This document shows positions 62,994-64,000 of a DNA stretch of 64,000 nt, piece by piece. Position numbers and translations under genes: made by a program. A model generated the notes under the pieces. That model made no database searches, was not told where the DNA came from, and saw only the letters and a list, made by a program, of their open reading frames with translations. Position 1 is the first letter of the stretch. The number at the start of each line of letters is the position of its first letter. This DNA is from Yuukianura sp. NJ FZ-2021 (lineage: Eukaryota). The DNA lies in contig CM102287.1 of NCBI GenBank assembly GCA_046563655.1, forward strand, positions 4,030,001 to 4,094,000, written 5' to 3'.

Positions 62994-64000
62994 ATGTACG
63001 CTGTTCGCTCCGTGATCATTTTCATTCTAGTCTTCAGCGGAAACTACGTTCAGAAGACTTCCGCTGCTGAAGAGGATCTCCCACCGTGTGTAAAAGACAG
63101 TGAAGGACAAGATCGTAAGCTTCTTTATGACTTTTGACCTTTCGACTTTTGACCTGGCACAACTGAATTCATCCGTTTGGTAGGTTGTCAAAGTGTGTTC
63201 AAATGCAATGATAAGGTAAAACCGCCCGTCTGCTGTCCATGGAACGCTCCAATTATGAGCGAAGGAAAGTGTCGCGCAGGCCTCGGCGGCGTGGATCCAT
63301 GCACGGAACCAAGTACAGAAATCACACATTTTCAGAACAAACAAAAAAAAGTGTTTTTTAACTTAAAAATAGTTTTTTTTTTAAATTGAAAAAATGTTTA
63401 ATTGTAAGAATATAAATATTCTTTTTTTAATAATTGTAACATTTTTGAAGATCATTGTATATCCGGTGACTGTGACACCAGCCAAGGCGAATGTCGTGGC
63501 GGGAGACCAAATCTCTCAACATACGGGGGCCATTGTATCAATAAAAGTTCGTATTCGAAATTTGATTCTATTTCAAATTATTTCAAAATTTTGATTTTCT
63601 TTTTAAATTCTGTATAGATAATTGCGATCCTAAGGAACTGGTCTGCACCAATACCAAATGTTCATGCCCAGCAGGATTAAAATGGAACCAGACGGCATGC
63701 GTTGCCAGAGGCCCGACGAAAACGATTAACGAACCCTGCTCAACGGATGGTAACGTTCAAATTCAAAACTAAAAAATAGAAATTTTTTTGAATTTTTTGC
63801 TTTTTGAAAAACTAGACGACTGCATCACCGAGCGACAGCTGAAATGTATCAACCAAAAATGCGACTGTGACCCAGGCTTTAGTTGGACCGAAGCAATTTG
63901 TAAAGCCAAATCAGAACTGCCAACATGCGATCCAGACGTATTTCGTAAGTTGACCTTTGACCTTGGAAATTAAGTTGGTTTGACCTTTGACCTTTGGTGT
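62994..64000 (+). CDS. Cys-rich EB-module-like surface protein, copy 15 (exons 1-5, cut by the window end)
   Basis: MYAVRSVIIFILVFSGNYVQKTSA...; the window ends in intron 5. Confidence 0.8.

Larger units (their letters stand above)
24780..64000 (+). repeat. Tandem gene array, unit ~2.2-3.3 kb, at least 15 head-to-tail copies of a Cys-rich surface protein gene
   Basis: Recurrent near-identical exons (e.g. TCRDVGGGDFRCVCL...KKCDLK...ERC; NECPHDSKQMECDK) and introns in the same orientation; the array continues past the window end. Confidence 0.97.

Noticed and set aside
24780..64000. Regularly spaced repeats as a CRISPR array or prokaryotic defence locus
   Set aside because: Units are kilobase-scale spliced eukaryotic genes; there is no short repeat-spacer structure and no cas-like ORFs.

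Overview
Compact, AT-rich eukaryotic genomic DNA with short GT-AG introns. The CLIC, Warts and Bitesize sequences look arthropod-type; no prokaryotic systems are present. Left third (1-24 kb): the 5' end of a type II membrane protein gene running off the window, a synaptotagmin-like/bitesize gene (zinc finger, 4.4-kb disordered exon, tandem C2 domains, one apparent frameshift), an orphan gene, Warts/LATS kinase and a divergently oriented CLIC gene. Right two thirds (24.8-64 kb): a head-to-tail array of at least 15 copies of an ~8-exon gene for a cysteine-rich, EB-module-like surface protein with a signal peptide and a GPI-like hydrophobic C-terminus. Fourteen copies are complete and one is cut by the window end; there are also two orphan 3' halves and a shattered remnant. 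The introns traced are all phase 1. N-terminal exons are hypervariable, the last exon is nearly invariant, and copies are exon-level mosaics of one another, a pattern expected of a diversifying recognition or defence receptor family. Spacers carry a Transib-type MITE with an RSS-like end, a truncated CRE-type non-LTR fragment, a DINE/Helentron-like remnant, a fold-back element and a G-rich insert that replaces a lost gene copy. All gene models were read by eye and no database search was run.
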